Of a stretch of DNA of 64,000 bases, positions 10,405 through 20,283 are shown piece after piece (within the stretch, counting starts at the first letter, position 1; the number at the start of each line of letters is the position of its first letter). The DNA comes from an uncultured cyanobacterium (GTDB lineage Bacteria > Cyanobacteriota > Cyanobacteriia > PCC-9006 > JAAUQQ01): the NCBI GenBank assembly GCA_963718615.1, contig OY970368.1:3360001-3424000 (forward strand), written 5' to 3'. A model generated the notes under the pieces. The model had not been told where the DNA came from. It did not search any database and saw only the letters and a list, made by a program, of their open reading frames with translations. Both the position numbers and the translations under genes were made by a program.

Positions 10405-10890
10405 ATGGTGGCGTTCTTCAAAACTCCTCGAATGTTTTTAGGGCAAGGCGGATCTCGTAAAACCGCTCTGGTGGCGGGATTAGTGGCGGTCTGCGTCGGG
10501 GGGCTAGGGTCCATCGTTGGGCCGAGTCTGACGGGGGGCGATCGCGCCCAAGCCCAAACGGGTTCCCCCAATGCCATCACGCTCGATGCGGATGTGCAGG
10601 AAGCCAACGCCAAAACCGGCGTAGTGACCGCCCGAGGCAACGTACGAATTGTCTATCCTGCACGCCAAATCCAAGCTACAGCTGCCCAAGCCCAATACTT
10701 TAGCCAAGAGCGCCGCATTGTCATGACGGGCAATGTCAATGTCATTCAATCCGGGACCAATAGCATTCGCGGCGAAGTGGTGACCTATTTGATTGATGAA
10801 GGTCGGTTTGTGGCCTTGCCCAAGCAAACTCAGCAGGTGCGATCGGTCTATACGATTAATGACCCAAACCCGGTCCCCGCTGGGCAGTAA
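10405..10890 (+). CDS. lptA: LptA/OstA-family LPS transport periplasmic protein
   Basis: Signal-like N-terminus, then 'ITLDADVQEAN...TARGNVRI...IRGEVVTY'. Upstream of lptB. Confidence 0.82.
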   Translation: MVAFFKTPRMFLGQGGSRKTALVAGLVAVCVGGLGSIVGPSLTGGDRAQAQTGSPNAITLDADVQEANAKTGVVTARGNVRIVYPARQIQATAAQAQYFSQERRIVMTGNVNVIQSGTNSIRGEVVTYLIDEGRFVALPKQTQQVRSVYTINDPNPVPAGQ

Positions 10891-10905
10891 GCCGAACCTT
10901 GGGTT

Positions 10906-10950
10906 GGTCTTACAGCCTTTAGTCTTACAGCCTTTGGTCTTACAGCCTTT
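10906..10950 (+). repeat. 15-bp tandem repeat x3 (RGTCTTACAGCCTTT)
   Basis: Three consecutive copies in the lptA-lptB spacer. Confidence 0.85.
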
Positions 10951-11043
10951 GGTTTCACTGCATAAAGCGAAGCAATTCAACCGAAGAGTCCACTAGATAC
11001 CTCTTTAGCGTCCCGTTCAGCCTATTCCCGTTCAGCTCAGGAG

Positions 11044-11778
11044 TTGTCCTTGAAGATTCTGCTTGAAAACGTCCAAAAGAGTTATGGCAAAAAGCCCATT
11101 GTGCGTCGAGTCAATCTCTCGATCTCCCAGGGGGAAATTGTCGGGCTTTTGGGACCCAATGGCGCAGGCAAGACAACGACGTTTTATATGGCTACCGGCA
11201 TTGAAAAACCCGATCACGGACGGGTGTGGCTCGATGACCACGACATTACTCGGCTCTCCATGACCCATCGCGCTCGTCTGGGGGTGGGCTATTTGGCTCA
11301 GGAAGCTAGTATTTTCCGGCATCTGAGTGTCGAAGACAATCTTCGCCTCGTCCTCCAACAGAGTGCGCTGTCCAGAACTGAGCAAGCGGAGCGCCTGAAC
11401 CAACTGATGAAAGAGTTTCGGCTCCAGCGGGTGGCCCACACCCTAGGGATTCAGGTGTCCGGGGGAGAGCGACGACGGACGGAAATTGCCCGAGCCCTAG
11501 CAACCGGAAGCGCTGGGCCTAAGTTTTTGCTCTTGGATGAGCCCTTTGCGGGGATTGATCCGATTTCCGTGGCGGAAATTCAGGAGATTATCGAACAGCT
11601 TCGTCGCAAGCAAATTGGTATCCTCATCACAGACCATAATGTGCGCGAGACGTTGAGTATTACCGATCGCGCCTATATTCTCCGGGATGGCGAAATCCTC
11701 GCAGCCGGGAGCCCCGAGGAACTCTACGGTAATCCCTTGGTTCGCCAATATTACCTCGGCGAAAATTTTCAGCTTTAG
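11044..11778 (+). CDS. lptB: LPS export ABC transporter ATP-binding protein
   Basis: Walker A GPNGAGKTT, 'SGGERRRTEIARAL', 'LDEPFAG', 'TDHNVRETL', 'YYLGE'. Confidence 0.93.
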   Translation: MSLKILLENVQKSYGKKPIVRRVNLSISQGEIVGLLGPNGAGKTTTFYMATGIEKPDHGRVWLDDHDITRLSMTHRARLGVGYLAQEASIFRHLSVEDNLRLVLQQSALSRTEQAERLNQLMKEFRLQRVAHTLGIQVSGGERRRTEIARALATGSAGPKFLLLDEPFAGIDPISVAEIQEIIEQLRRKQIGILITDHNVRETLSITDRAYILRDGEILAAGSPEELYGNPLVRQYYLGENFQL

Positions 11779-11811
11779 TCCACTCTTCTTTGATTTACGC
11801 CCAGATCTTCA

Positions 11812-13008
11812 ATGGCCTCTATTACCCCTAGCCTTGCTAAATCCCTTGGTCGCTCCCAGTCTTGGCGATCGCTTTGGGGTTGGCTACCGATTATGGATCG
11901 CTACATTTTTATGCAGCTCCTGGGGCCATTTTTGTTTGGGGTAGGCATTTTTTCCTCCGTGGCGCTCTCCATTGGGGTTGTCTTTGACCTGGTACGTAAA
12001 GTCACCGAATCAGGGCTACCGTTGGGGATTGCGCTGGAAGTTTTCTTGCTAAAAATGCCGTCGTTTGTGGTGTTGGCGTTTCCGATGTCGATGCTGCTGG
12101 CCACGCTCATGGCCTACAGTCGCTTGTCCAGTGATAGTGAGCTGACGGCGCTGCGCAGTTGTGGCATTAGCGCCTATCGGTTTGTGATTCCGGCGATTTT
12201 GCTCAGCGTTATGGTTACGGGGCTGACGTTTGTCTTTAACGAAGCCGTGGTTCCCGCTGCAACCACCCAGGCGAATGAGACGCTGAAAATGGCACTGGAG
12301 GGCGATCGCCCCATGTTCCAGGACCAAAATATTCTCTACGAACAATACGAGCGAGTGCGGACGCCAGAAGGCGACAGAATTAATGTCCTTAACCGCTTGT
12401 TTTATGCCCAGAGCTATGACGGCGAGCGGATGCATGGTCTGACAATTTTGGATTTTTCACGGGGGAGCCTCAGCCAAATTTTGACCGCCGATTCGGGCCT
12501 CTGGAATATGTCCGCCAATACCTGGGACTTTTTTGATGGTTCTATCTATTTGGTTGCGCCGGATGGTTCCTATCGCAATATTGTGACGTTCCAGCAGCAT
12601 CAGCTCAATTTGGCCAAAACCCCCATCGACTTGAGCCAGCGTAGACGAGATTCGACGGAGATGAATATTGCAGAATCCAAAGAATATTTAGCGTTGTTGG
12701 AGCAGGGGGGCGATCGCAAAAAGGCCCAAAAGCTAGAGGTCCGCATTGCCCAAAAATACGCCTTTCCCTTTGTTTGCTTAATCTTTGGCCTGATTGGCGC
12801 AGCCCTGGGCATTGTGCCCAATCAGCGCACCAGCAAAGCCACGGGGTTTGGCCTGAGTGTGTTGATTATTTTTGCCTACTACATTACCGATTTCATTTGT
12901 GGGGCGATCGGCATTCGTGGCGCGCTACCGCCCTTGGTTGCCGCATTTTTACCCATCCTCATTGGGTTTGGCGTGGGCACAGGTCTGCTGGTGCGGGCGG
13001 CTCGCTAG
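11812..13008 (+). CDS. LptF/LptG-family LPS export permease
   Basis: 'MDRYI', 'RLSSDSELTALRSCG', 3+3 TM architecture. Follows lptB. Confidence 0.9.
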   Translation: MASITPSLAKSLGRSQSWRSLWGWLPIMDRYIFMQLLGPFLFGVGIFSSVALSIGVVFDLVRKVTESGLPLGIALEVFLLKMPSFVVLAFPMSMLLATLMAYSRLSSDSELTALRSCGISAYRFVIPAILLSVMVTGLTFVFNEAVVPAATTQANETLKMALEGDRPMFQDQNILYEQYERVRTPEGDRINVLNRLFYAQSYDGERMHGLTILDFSRGSLSQILTADSGLWNMSANTWDFFDGSIYLVAPDGSYRNIVTFQQHQLNLAKTPIDLSQRRRDSTEMNIAESKEYLALLEQGGDRKKAQKLEVRIAQKYAFPFVCLIFGLIGAALGIVPNQRTSKATGFGLSVLIIFAYYITDFICGAIGIRGALPPLVAAFLPILIGFGVGTGLLVRAAR

Positions 13009-13046
13009 GCCTCCTCAGCCCCTTGACGGTCTAAGCCGTTGGTCCC

Positions 13047-15689
13047 CTATGTTGCTTGTAAACTCAGTTCAGCCTTGGGGGGAGTCCAATCCTGAGGCAA
13101 TTGTTGAAAGAGCGGATGATCGGCAGCTAATCCCATTTCCTCAGACAAATACTGCGCCACTTGATGCAAATAATCCGAAGCCCGTTGATGCACTTCAACC
13201 CCCTCGGGCTGTTCCTTGAGCAGCGACACATAGGTCTGGGTCGCCATTTCTAAATGGGCAAACGTCACATTGGAATTGTGGCTGGACTGGGGCAACATCC
13301 CTAGGCGTTGATGTACCAATCCCAGATTGAGCCGAGTGGCCACCGGATCAAACCCAAAGGAGGTTGCCCCTACAGCCGTCAGCTCCCGCACCATCTGGAG
13401 GGCGGCATCATAGGCAATCACGCTTTGCTCTAGGGATTCTTGGGTGGTTTGTGGATCGGCATAGGGATGGCTCGCCAGATGCAGGAGCGATGCCCCGAGA
13501 TTGTTTTGGGTGGCCGCGTGGGACAGGGGGGCTTCTGTACGGGTCCGGTACAGCAGCGCAATTTGATAGGTGCCGACGGCCAAACGCAAGAGGTCCAGGG
13601 ATCGCTCCATTTGGCCCAGATGTAGATAGGCCGTTCCTAGGTTGTTCTGGATCATGCCGTACCGGAGGGGATCCGTTTCGGGGTCATTGGCTGCTGCCGC
13701 TGCGGTATAGGCTGCGATCGCCTGTTGCAGACAGTTTGCGGCGCGATCGCCCATTTCCTGTTGGGCCAAGTTCCAATAGGCCGTCCCCAAATTATTAGGA
13801 ATCGCTGCGGCTAGCATCGCAGTGGGTTGGGAGAGAGAGCGTTCGTCGGGGGCGATGTCATCGTTATCGTCCTCAGCTTTGGCCAACTGGGCTTTTTGAC
13901 AGGCAGTCCAGGCCACTTCGTAGGCACGCACGGCCAATCGCCAGCTATTTTTGGGATTCTCCAGCGTGGCAAGACTGCCGTAGGCTTCGCCTAAATGGTC
14001 ATGCAACTCAATCCAGGCACTAGAGAAGGGGTGCACCTGACAGCGCTGGATACCTTTGCGGTAGGTTTGCACCGCTCGATGCAAACTTCTGAGGCGATGG
14101 TTGGGCTGTTGTCGACTCAAAGTCCAGTACAGATAGCCCAAATCATCATAGGTTTTGGGGTTGAGTGAGGCGTCGCGATCCAGATAGGGAAGGGCTTGTT
14201 CATAGGCGGCAATGGCAATCACAATATGCATCAAATTGCGCTGCCCTTGATTGACCCGTTCGCGATAGAAATCAGCCAGGTTCAACAACCCCGAAGCCAC
14301 TTGGCTGGCGGGAGGGGGTGCGTCGGTATGGGTCGCGTCCAATTGTTCCCAGATCATCAATGGCGGATAGGCTACCGAGCCCCCACCGGGCTGTAGTTGT
14401 GCCAGTTTTTCGATGAGTTTACCGAGGGGAATCTGTGTGGGTTGATTGATCAGAGCCGCCACCAGATCGGAGGCCCCAAGCTGGGCCAAATCGCCTTGGG
14501 CAAGACTCTGCTCTGTCCGGTTGGTTGCCTCGGAACCGACATCTGGAGGGGATTGGGTGGGGGCTTCTGCTTCTAGCTGGAAGGCGGTAGCTTCTGGGGC
14601 TTCTAGCTCCCCAATCTCCTCTAAATTCTCTAGCTCTTCTGGGTCTTCTAGATTCTCTAGGTTCTCTTCGGTGGTGGCCCTCCATTCCGCATTGGGCTTT
14701 AAATCTGTGTAGGTTTCCAAATCCGTAAACGCATCGGGATCGGGTGGAACAGCAACTGCGGCTAACACCATCGGCTGAGCAGTTTCCAGCGCTTGCAATG
14801 CAGCTAGGGCTTCAGAGGCTTGGCGGTAGCGTTGACGGGTGGCGCGCTGCAAGAGTCGATTTAAAATCGCTTTGAGCCCTTCACTGATGGCGATCGCGCA
14901 GTCTTCTTCCCAGCGCCAACAGTCCTCTTCCAAATCCCACAGCTTTTCAGGATGCTTGCCGGTTAAGAGCTGAATCGCCGTTACCCCAAGGCTATACAAA
15001 TCGCTAGACAAAACCAGATTGCCCAGGAGGCATTCCGGGGCACGATAGCGCAATTGCTGCAAATCCTGGATGCGTTCGGGGGCCGGGGTGACATAGCCCT
15101 GGGAAGGATGGCCCACTTGCTTGGGGAGGGCGATCGCCCGATAGCTGACCAACTTAAGCCCCACCTGAGCCCCGCCGTCCACCAGCGTCAGCGGTCGCAA
15201 ATCTCCATGAATAATCTGGGCCTGATGGAGTTCATCCAAAGCGCTCAAAACGGTCGTCATGACCGCGCGAACTTCTGCCTCAGACAACAGCCCTTGGCGA
15301 TCCAGACGCTGGGCGAGGTTTTCCCCTTCAATCCACTGATGAATTAAAAACTGGGCTCCTCGATAGGTACCTCCAGAGGGACCTAATTGCTCAACCACGG
15401 CCAAAATTCGGGGCAGGGCCCGCTGGTGACTCAGTTGCTCCAAACGCAGCAGTGCCGACGGTTCCCAATAGGGGATCGATTGGGTTTCGTCTCCCAGCCG
15501 CAAGGCCACCCCTTGGGGCTGGGACGGTAAATGCTCATCCCGCACAATCAGCGATTGGCCCAGTGCCCCCAAGGGTTGTAGCGGACGAAAGCGATTCACA
15601 ATCAGGAGGGGGCTACCACAATGGTGACAAAATCTTGCTGTGGGAGGGTTTTGTGGCTTAGAACAGGCGGCGTTGGAGCAGTAGGTCAT
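13047..15689 (-). CDS. 4-Cys zinc-ribbon + degenerate Ser/Thr kinase-like domain + TPR protein
   Basis: N-terminal CxxxxC..CxxC. Kinase-like 'IIHGDLRP', 'YRAPE', 'SDLYSLGVT'. C-terminal 'QNNLG.AY' TPR repeats. Confidence 0.8.
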   Translation of the reverse strand: MTYCSNAACSKPQNPPTARFCHHCGSPLLIVNRFRPLQPLGALGQSLIVRDEHLPSQPQGVALRLGDETQSIPYWEPSALLRLEQLSHQRALPRILAVVEQLGPSGGTYRGAQFLIHQWIEGENLAQRLDRQGLLSEAEVRAVMTTVLSALDELHQAQIIHGDLRPLTLVDGGAQVGLKLVSYRAIALPKQVGHPSQGYVTPAPERIQDLQQLRYRAPECLLGNLVLSSDLYSLGVTAIQLLTGKHPEKLWDLEEDCWRWEEDCAIAISEGLKAILNRLLQRATRQRYRQASEALAALQALETAQPMVLAAVAVPPDPDAFTDLETYTDLKPNAEWRATTEENLENLEDPEELENLEEIGELEAPEATAFQLEAEAPTQSPPDVGSEATNRTEQSLAQGDLAQLGASDLVAALINQPTQIPLGKLIEKLAQLQPGGGSVAYPPLMIWEQLDATHTDAPPPASQVASGLLNLADFYRERVNQGQRNLMHIVIAIAAYEQALPYLDRDASLNPKTYDDLGYLYWTLSRQQPNHRLRSLHRAVQTYRKGIQRCQVHPFSSAWIELHDHLGEAYGSLATLENPKNSWRLAVRAYEVAWTACQKAQLAKAEDDNDDIAPDERSLSQPTAMLAAAIPNNLGTAYWNLAQQEMGDRAANCLQQAIAAYTAAAAANDPETDPLRYGMIQNNLGTAYLHLGQMERSLDLLRLAVGTYQIALLYRTRTEAPLSHAATQNNLGASLLHLASHPYADPQTTQESLEQSVIAYDAALQMVRELTAVGATSFGFDPVATRLNLGLVHQRLGMLPQSSHNSNVTFAHLEMATQTYVSLLKEQPEGVEVHQRASDYLHQVAQYLSEEMGLAADHPLFQQLPQDWTPPKAELSLQAT

Positions 15690-15803
15690 GACATTCGGTA
15701 GCTCATATCTTTATGAGTACCCAATTTGATGACCTGTCTCAGAGAATGGCTCAAATTTCACGGAACGGCATGACCCGACAAAGACGCCGGCTGGAAAAAA
15801 GAC

Positions 15804-16691
15804 TTAAAGCTTCAAATCTCCCTTAGGGTTCAGCCATTCATTCAATCCCTCACCCAGCAGCGAGAGGCTCACCACTAACGTGGTCAAGGCCAGTCCCGGA
15901 AACAGCGCTGTCCACCAAATTCCTGTGGGCAACGCCCCCAGAGCCTGTTGCAAATCCTGCCCCCATTCCGGTGTAGTGGGGGGTAAGCCCAAGCCTAAAA
16001 ATCCTAAGCCTCCCAGAACCAACACCGCATCCGCCGCATTGAGCGTAAACAGCACCGGTACGCTGGGAATCACATTCAAAAATAAATATCGACTGATAAT
16101 TTTCCAGGTCGACGCGCCCATGGCCTGGGCCGCTTCCACAAACAGCTCGGCCTTGACGCTGACGGTCTGGTTACGCACGACCCGATAGTACTGGGGCACA
16201 TAGGCAACACAGAGGGCCAGCGCCGCATTGAGCAACCCTCGCCCTACCACAAAGGCCAGCGTAATCGATAGCAACAACCCCGGCAAGGTGTACAGCGTAT
16301 CCATCAAAAACAGCAGGATCCGATCCAACCCGCCCCCCAAATAGCCGCTGACCAGCCCAAGGGGAACACCGATCAGCAAACTGAGCAACGTCGCTAAAAC
16401 AACCACCTTGAGCGCGGCCTGGGTCCCAAACAGCGTCCGCGAAAACACGTCATACCCCTCTTGGCTAGTGCCAAACCAGTGGGCCGCTGACGGAGGCTCA
16501 TGGATCGGATTGATTAGGGATGCTGTGGGATCCTGCACCCAGCCCAACCCTTGGAACAGGGGCGCGAGCAGCGCGAGCAAGATAAAGGCCAAGGTCATCA
16601 GCAAGCCCACCCCCGTCAGCCGCGCCGACAAACTGGGTCCAAATAGACCCCGAATCTGACGCAGTGATCCAGATTGAATGAAAGATGCCAT
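15804..16691 (-). CDS. Peptide/nickel ABC transporter permease (DppC-like)
   Basis: 'HWFGT...GYDVFSR', EAA loop 'FVEAAQAMGAS', 'LGFLGLG...PEWG'. Start uncertain. Confidence 0.88.
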   Translation of the reverse strand: MASFIQSGSLRQIRGLFGPSLSARLTGVGLLMTLAFILLALLAPLFQGLGWVQDPTASLINPIHEPPSAAHWFGTSQEGYDVFSRTLFGTQAALKVVVLATLLSLLIGVPLGLVSGYLGGGLDRILLFLMDTLYTLPGLLLSITLAFVVGRGLLNAALALCVAYVPQYYRVVRNQTVSVKAELFVEAAQAMGASTWKIISRYLFLNVIPSVPVLFTLNAADAVLVLGGLGFLGLGLPPTTPEWGQDLQQALGALPTGIWWTALFPGLALTTLVVSLSLLGEGLNEWLNPKGDLKL

Positions 16692-16937
16692 GGCAGATTG
16701 CACCGAATGATTGAACCGAATGCTGTCGCCCCATTCTAAAACTGAAGACAACACAAACAAATGTTAACCAGATCGATCGTTTACTTTGCCCCTCTAAAAT
16801 TCTCGTTTACCATTGGGCCGGGTTGCAGCTCGATGAAGACTTGCTTGCGAGTGATCAGGCAGGTCTGTTTTGTGCATGAATTCCAGGATTTCCCAGACTT
16901 TGCTAACCTAGCTTAGATAGTCTTGGAAGGTTGACGC

Positions 16938-18101
16938 GTGGATATCCAACTGGGAAGGGGTAAGGCTGCCCGTAGAGCCTATGGAATTGACGAAATTGCG
17001 CTGGTTCCTGGCCCGCGTACGTTAGATCCCAGTCTGGCGGATACTCGCTGGAGCATTGGTGGCATCGAGCGGGAAATCCCAATTATTGCGAGCGCGATGG
17101 ATGGCGTCGTGGATGTGAAAATGGCGGTCCGCCTCGCTCAGTTGGGCAGTATGGGTGTGATTAATTTGGAGGGGATTCAGGCCCGCTACGAAGATCCGGA
17201 GCCCATTCTAGATCGCATTGCGGCGGTGGGTAAGGACGAGTTTGTGCCCTTGATGCAGGAACTCTATGCCAAGCCGGTTCAGCCGGAGCTGATTCAACGA
17301 AGAATTCGGCAAGTCAAGGACCAGGGGGGCATTGCTGCGGTGAGCGTGACGCCTGTGGGCGCGCTGAAATATGGAGGGGCGATCGCCGAAGCCGGAGCCG
17401 ATCTGCTCTTTATTCAGGCCACAGTCGTTTCTACCGATCATCTCTCTCCTGAGGCCATTACACCCCTAGACTTAGCTCAGTTTTGCGCGGAAATGTCCAT
17501 GCCCGTCGTCTTGGGTAACTGTGTGACCTATGACGTTACCCTGAATCTAATGAAAACGGGCGCAGCCGCAGTTTTGGTTGGCATTGGTCCCGGTGCTGCC
17601 TGCACATCCCGTGGGGTCCTCGGCGTCGGAATTCCTCAAGCAACGGCGGTCGCTGACTGCGCCGCAGCTCGGGATGACTATTTCAAGGAGACCGGACGAT
17701 ACGTCCCGATCATTGCCGATGGTGGGTTGGTGACAGGGGGGGATATTTGCAAATGTATTGCCTGTGGAGCCGATGGCGTCATGATTGGCTCTCCCTTTGC
17801 GCGAGCACAGGAAGCTCCTGGACGGGGCTTCCACTGGGGCATGGCGACCCCTAGCCCTGTACTACCACGGGGCACCCGTATCCGGGTCGGAACAACCGGA
17901 ACACTGGAACAAATTTTGCGCGGTCCGGCCCAACTGGACGATGGCACCCATAACTTCCTCGGGGCTCTGCAAACCAGCATGGGAACCTTGGGAGCCAAGG
18001 ACATCAAGGAAATGCAGCAGGTTGAGGTGGTCATTGCCCCTTCTTTGCTGACGGAAGGCAAGGTTTACCAAAAGGCCCAGCAGTTGGGAATGGGTAAGTA
18101 G
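16938..18101 (+). CDS. guaB3: GuaB3-family IMP dehydrogenase-related protein
   Basis: 'RRAYGIDEIALVP', 'SAMDGV', catalytic 'GIGPGAACTSR', 'ADGG'. No CBS pair. Confidence 0.92.
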   Translation: MDIQLGRGKAARRAYGIDEIALVPGPRTLDPSLADTRWSIGGIEREIPIIASAMDGVVDVKMAVRLAQLGSMGVINLEGIQARYEDPEPILDRIAAVGKDEFVPLMQELYAKPVQPELIQRRIRQVKDQGGIAAVSVTPVGALKYGGAIAEAGADLLFIQATVVSTDHLSPEAITPLDLAQFCAEMSMPVVLGNCVTYDVTLNLMKTGAAAVLVGIGPGAACTSRGVLGVGIPQATAVADCAAARDDYFKETGRYVPIIADGGLVTGGDICKCIACGADGVMIGSPFARAQEAPGRGFHWGMATPSPVLPRGTRIRVGTTGTLEQILRGPAQLDDGTHNFLGALQTSMGTLGAKDIKEMQQVEVVIAPSLLTEGKVYQKAQQLGMGK

Positions 18102-18422
18102 GGAGCGTCATGGCGTCGTAAAGAAATGTTGCAAAACCCCGCAACTGTTTATCTTTCAACGCTTTTCCGCTCATTTCCTTGTGATATTGCGTGATATTGC
18201 ACTGATAAATTGAGACGAGGCAACTACAATAAAGTGAGCGGAGACGCATGTTTCCGTTCACTCCTCACACCACACTTCGCCTGGACGGAAGTTCAGGCGT
18301 TTCTTCTTTTATTTGTCCCCTCGTTTTCTGTATCCAAGTATGTCGGTCCTATTATCAAAATTCTCAGAGTTCGCTATTGTAGGAAATTGAGGATAATGAT
18401 TCATTAACCAAGGGTTTTAAGC

Positions 18423-18746
18423 ATGTCAGCAGCCGCTTCGGTGACGGATGCCAATTTCAAGTCGGAAGTGTTGGAAAGTGAGCTTCCCGTACTCGTGGAC
18501 TTTTGGGCTCCTTGGTGTGGCCCCTGTCGGATGGTTGCACCGGTTGTCGATGAAATCGCCCAACAGTACGAAGGTCAAGTCAAAGTGGTCAAGGTCAATA
18601 CGGACGAGAGTCCAAGCGTGGCCAGCCAGTATGGCATTCGGAGCATTCCGACTCTAATGGTCTTCAAGGGAGGGCAGCGGGTCGATATGGTTGTGGGTGC
18701 TGTCCCCAAAGCAACATTGGCCAATACCCTCGAAAAATATCTCTAA
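18423..18746 (+). CDS. trxA: Thioredoxin (m-type)
   Basis: WCGPC active site and 'IRSIPTL'. Confidence 0.96.
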   Translation: MSAAASVTDANFKSEVLESELPVLVDFWAPWCGPCRMVAPVVDEIAQQYEGQVKVVKVNTDESPSVASQYGIRSIPTLMVFKGGQRVDMVVGAVPKATLANTLEKYL

Positions 18747-18793
18747 GGTCTCCCTAAGCCCGTTTTCGGCATTAGGCCAAAAACAGATTGACG

Positions 18794-18823
18794 AGCGAGG
18801 TCTCAGGACGGGGCCTCGCTTTT
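18794..18823 (+). terminator. Intrinsic terminator after trxA
   Basis: AGCGAGGTCTC...GGGGCCTCGCT followed by TTT. Confidence 0.7.
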
Positions 18824-18906
18824 GCTAGTCTGATTTTGTGGCGTCTGCGCTTCATTCCCTGAGAAGTCATTGGGTACAATGAGAGTCCAATTCGTAAGCA
18901 TCACCT

Positions 18907-19974
18907 ATGGGCTCATCCAATCCGACGGCAGCGCTGGAAACCCTTCAGTCAGAACTCTCTACCCTTATTGCTCAATTACCGTCCTTAGAACATGGCAAGC
19001 TGATTAAGCGTGTTCTAGAAAGCCTCTTGGTGATGGCCCAGGAAGACCTAGAACGCCTGGATTGGAAAATTTTGCTGGGCTCTTTGCAAGACATGGAGCG
19101 AGCCTTCACGCTGTTTTCGCCCTATCGACATATTCGCAAAATTGCGGTGTTTGGTTCAGCGCGAACGCCAAAGACGGACCCGGATTATCCGATGGCGGTT
19201 GAGTTTTCTCGCCGGATGGCGGAGCAAGGCTTCATGATTATGACGGGTGCAGGGGGGGGGATCATGGAGGCAGCGAATGAAGGGGCGGGGCGATCGCAAT
19301 CCTTTGGGCTCAATGTCCAACTCCCCTTCGAGCAAAGCGCCAATCCCTTTATCAAAGGGGATAATAAGCTTCTGCAATTTAAATACTTTTTCACCCGCAA
19401 ACTCTTTTTTCTGCGGGAAACCGATGCAGTCGCGGCCTTCCCTGGTGGTTATGGCACCATGGATGAACTCTATGAATGTTTAACCCTGGTGCAAACGGGA
19501 AAATTTGGACCAGCACCGCTCATTTTGGTTGATCGACCGGGTGGAGATTATTGGCAGGAGTGGGAGAAATTTAGTAAGGATCAGCTTCTTCTAAAAGGAC
19601 TCATTAGTCCTGAAGATCCTTGCCTATATACGATTACGGATCAAGTCGAAGTTGCCTGTCGAGTTATCTCTGATTTCTATCGTGTTTACCATTCTAGTCG
19701 CTATGTTGGACCCTTGTTTATCATGCGGCTCAAGGCTGAACTAACGGATGAAGATGTAGAGTTTCTGAATCATTCATTCAAAGATATTTTAGTCACCGAT
19801 CGGATTGAAAAAACTCAAGCCCTGCCGGAAGAGGCCGCCGATGAAACCGTTGGCATGCCGCGCCTTAAGTTTCACTATAATCAGCGAGATACGGGACGTC
19901 TTTATCAACTGATTGCAGAAGTGAATCGATTGGGTGTCAAGTCCCTAGGTGAAGCTCACCCAGAGCAAAAATAA
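18907..19974 (+). CDS. LOG-family (nucleotide phosphoribohydrolase-like) protein
   Basis: 'VFGSAR', 'TGAGGGIMEAAN', 'PGGYGTMDE'. Confidence 0.9.
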   Translation: MGSSNPTAALETLQSELSTLIAQLPSLEHGKLIKRVLESLLVMAQEDLERLDWKILLGSLQDMERAFTLFSPYRHIRKIAVFGSARTPKTDPDYPMAVEFSRRMAEQGFMIMTGAGGGIMEAANEGAGRSQSFGLNVQLPFEQSANPFIKGDNKLLQFKYFFTRKLFFLRETDAVAAFPGGYGTMDELYECLTLVQTGKFGPAPLILVDRPGGDYWQEWEKFSKDQLLLKGLISPEDPCLYTITDQVEVACRVISDFYRVYHSSRYVGPLFIMRLKAELTDEDVEFLNHSFKDILVTDRIEKTQALPEEAADETVGMPRLKFHYNQRDTGRLYQLIAEVNRLGVKSLGEAHPEQK

Positions 19975-19995
19975 TTTGATTATCGCATCCTAAGA

Positions 19996-20029
19996 AGAGT
20001 CAATGTTCCAATTTTATAGCATTGACTTT
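19996..20029. terminator. Hairpin after LOG gene, at left edge of AT-rich island
   Basis: AGAGTCAATGT...GCATTGACTTT inverted repeat. Confidence 0.5.
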
Positions 20030-20283
20030 GTGGGCCTAATGATTGCTCTCGACCTTGACTCCAATACAGTTCTTGGCCCAGTAAATTAATATTGTCTAAA
20101 GTTATTCGTGATCATTTTACCAACAGCTTTCTTACGTATTTGAGACAGCTTTATCGATAAATTGGGAAAACTAGAAGCTAAGCACTACACGATTTAATTT
20201 TCTGTTTCTCGGAAAATCGAGGATCTTTATCAGGGTTGCATTTGCTGTACTCCCGTCAGGAAAGTCTACCAGGACTGTGTCTC

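Noticed and set aside
10906-10950. CRISPR array
   Set aside because: 15-bp head-to-tail units without spacers and no cas genes. The same applies to the other short repeats.
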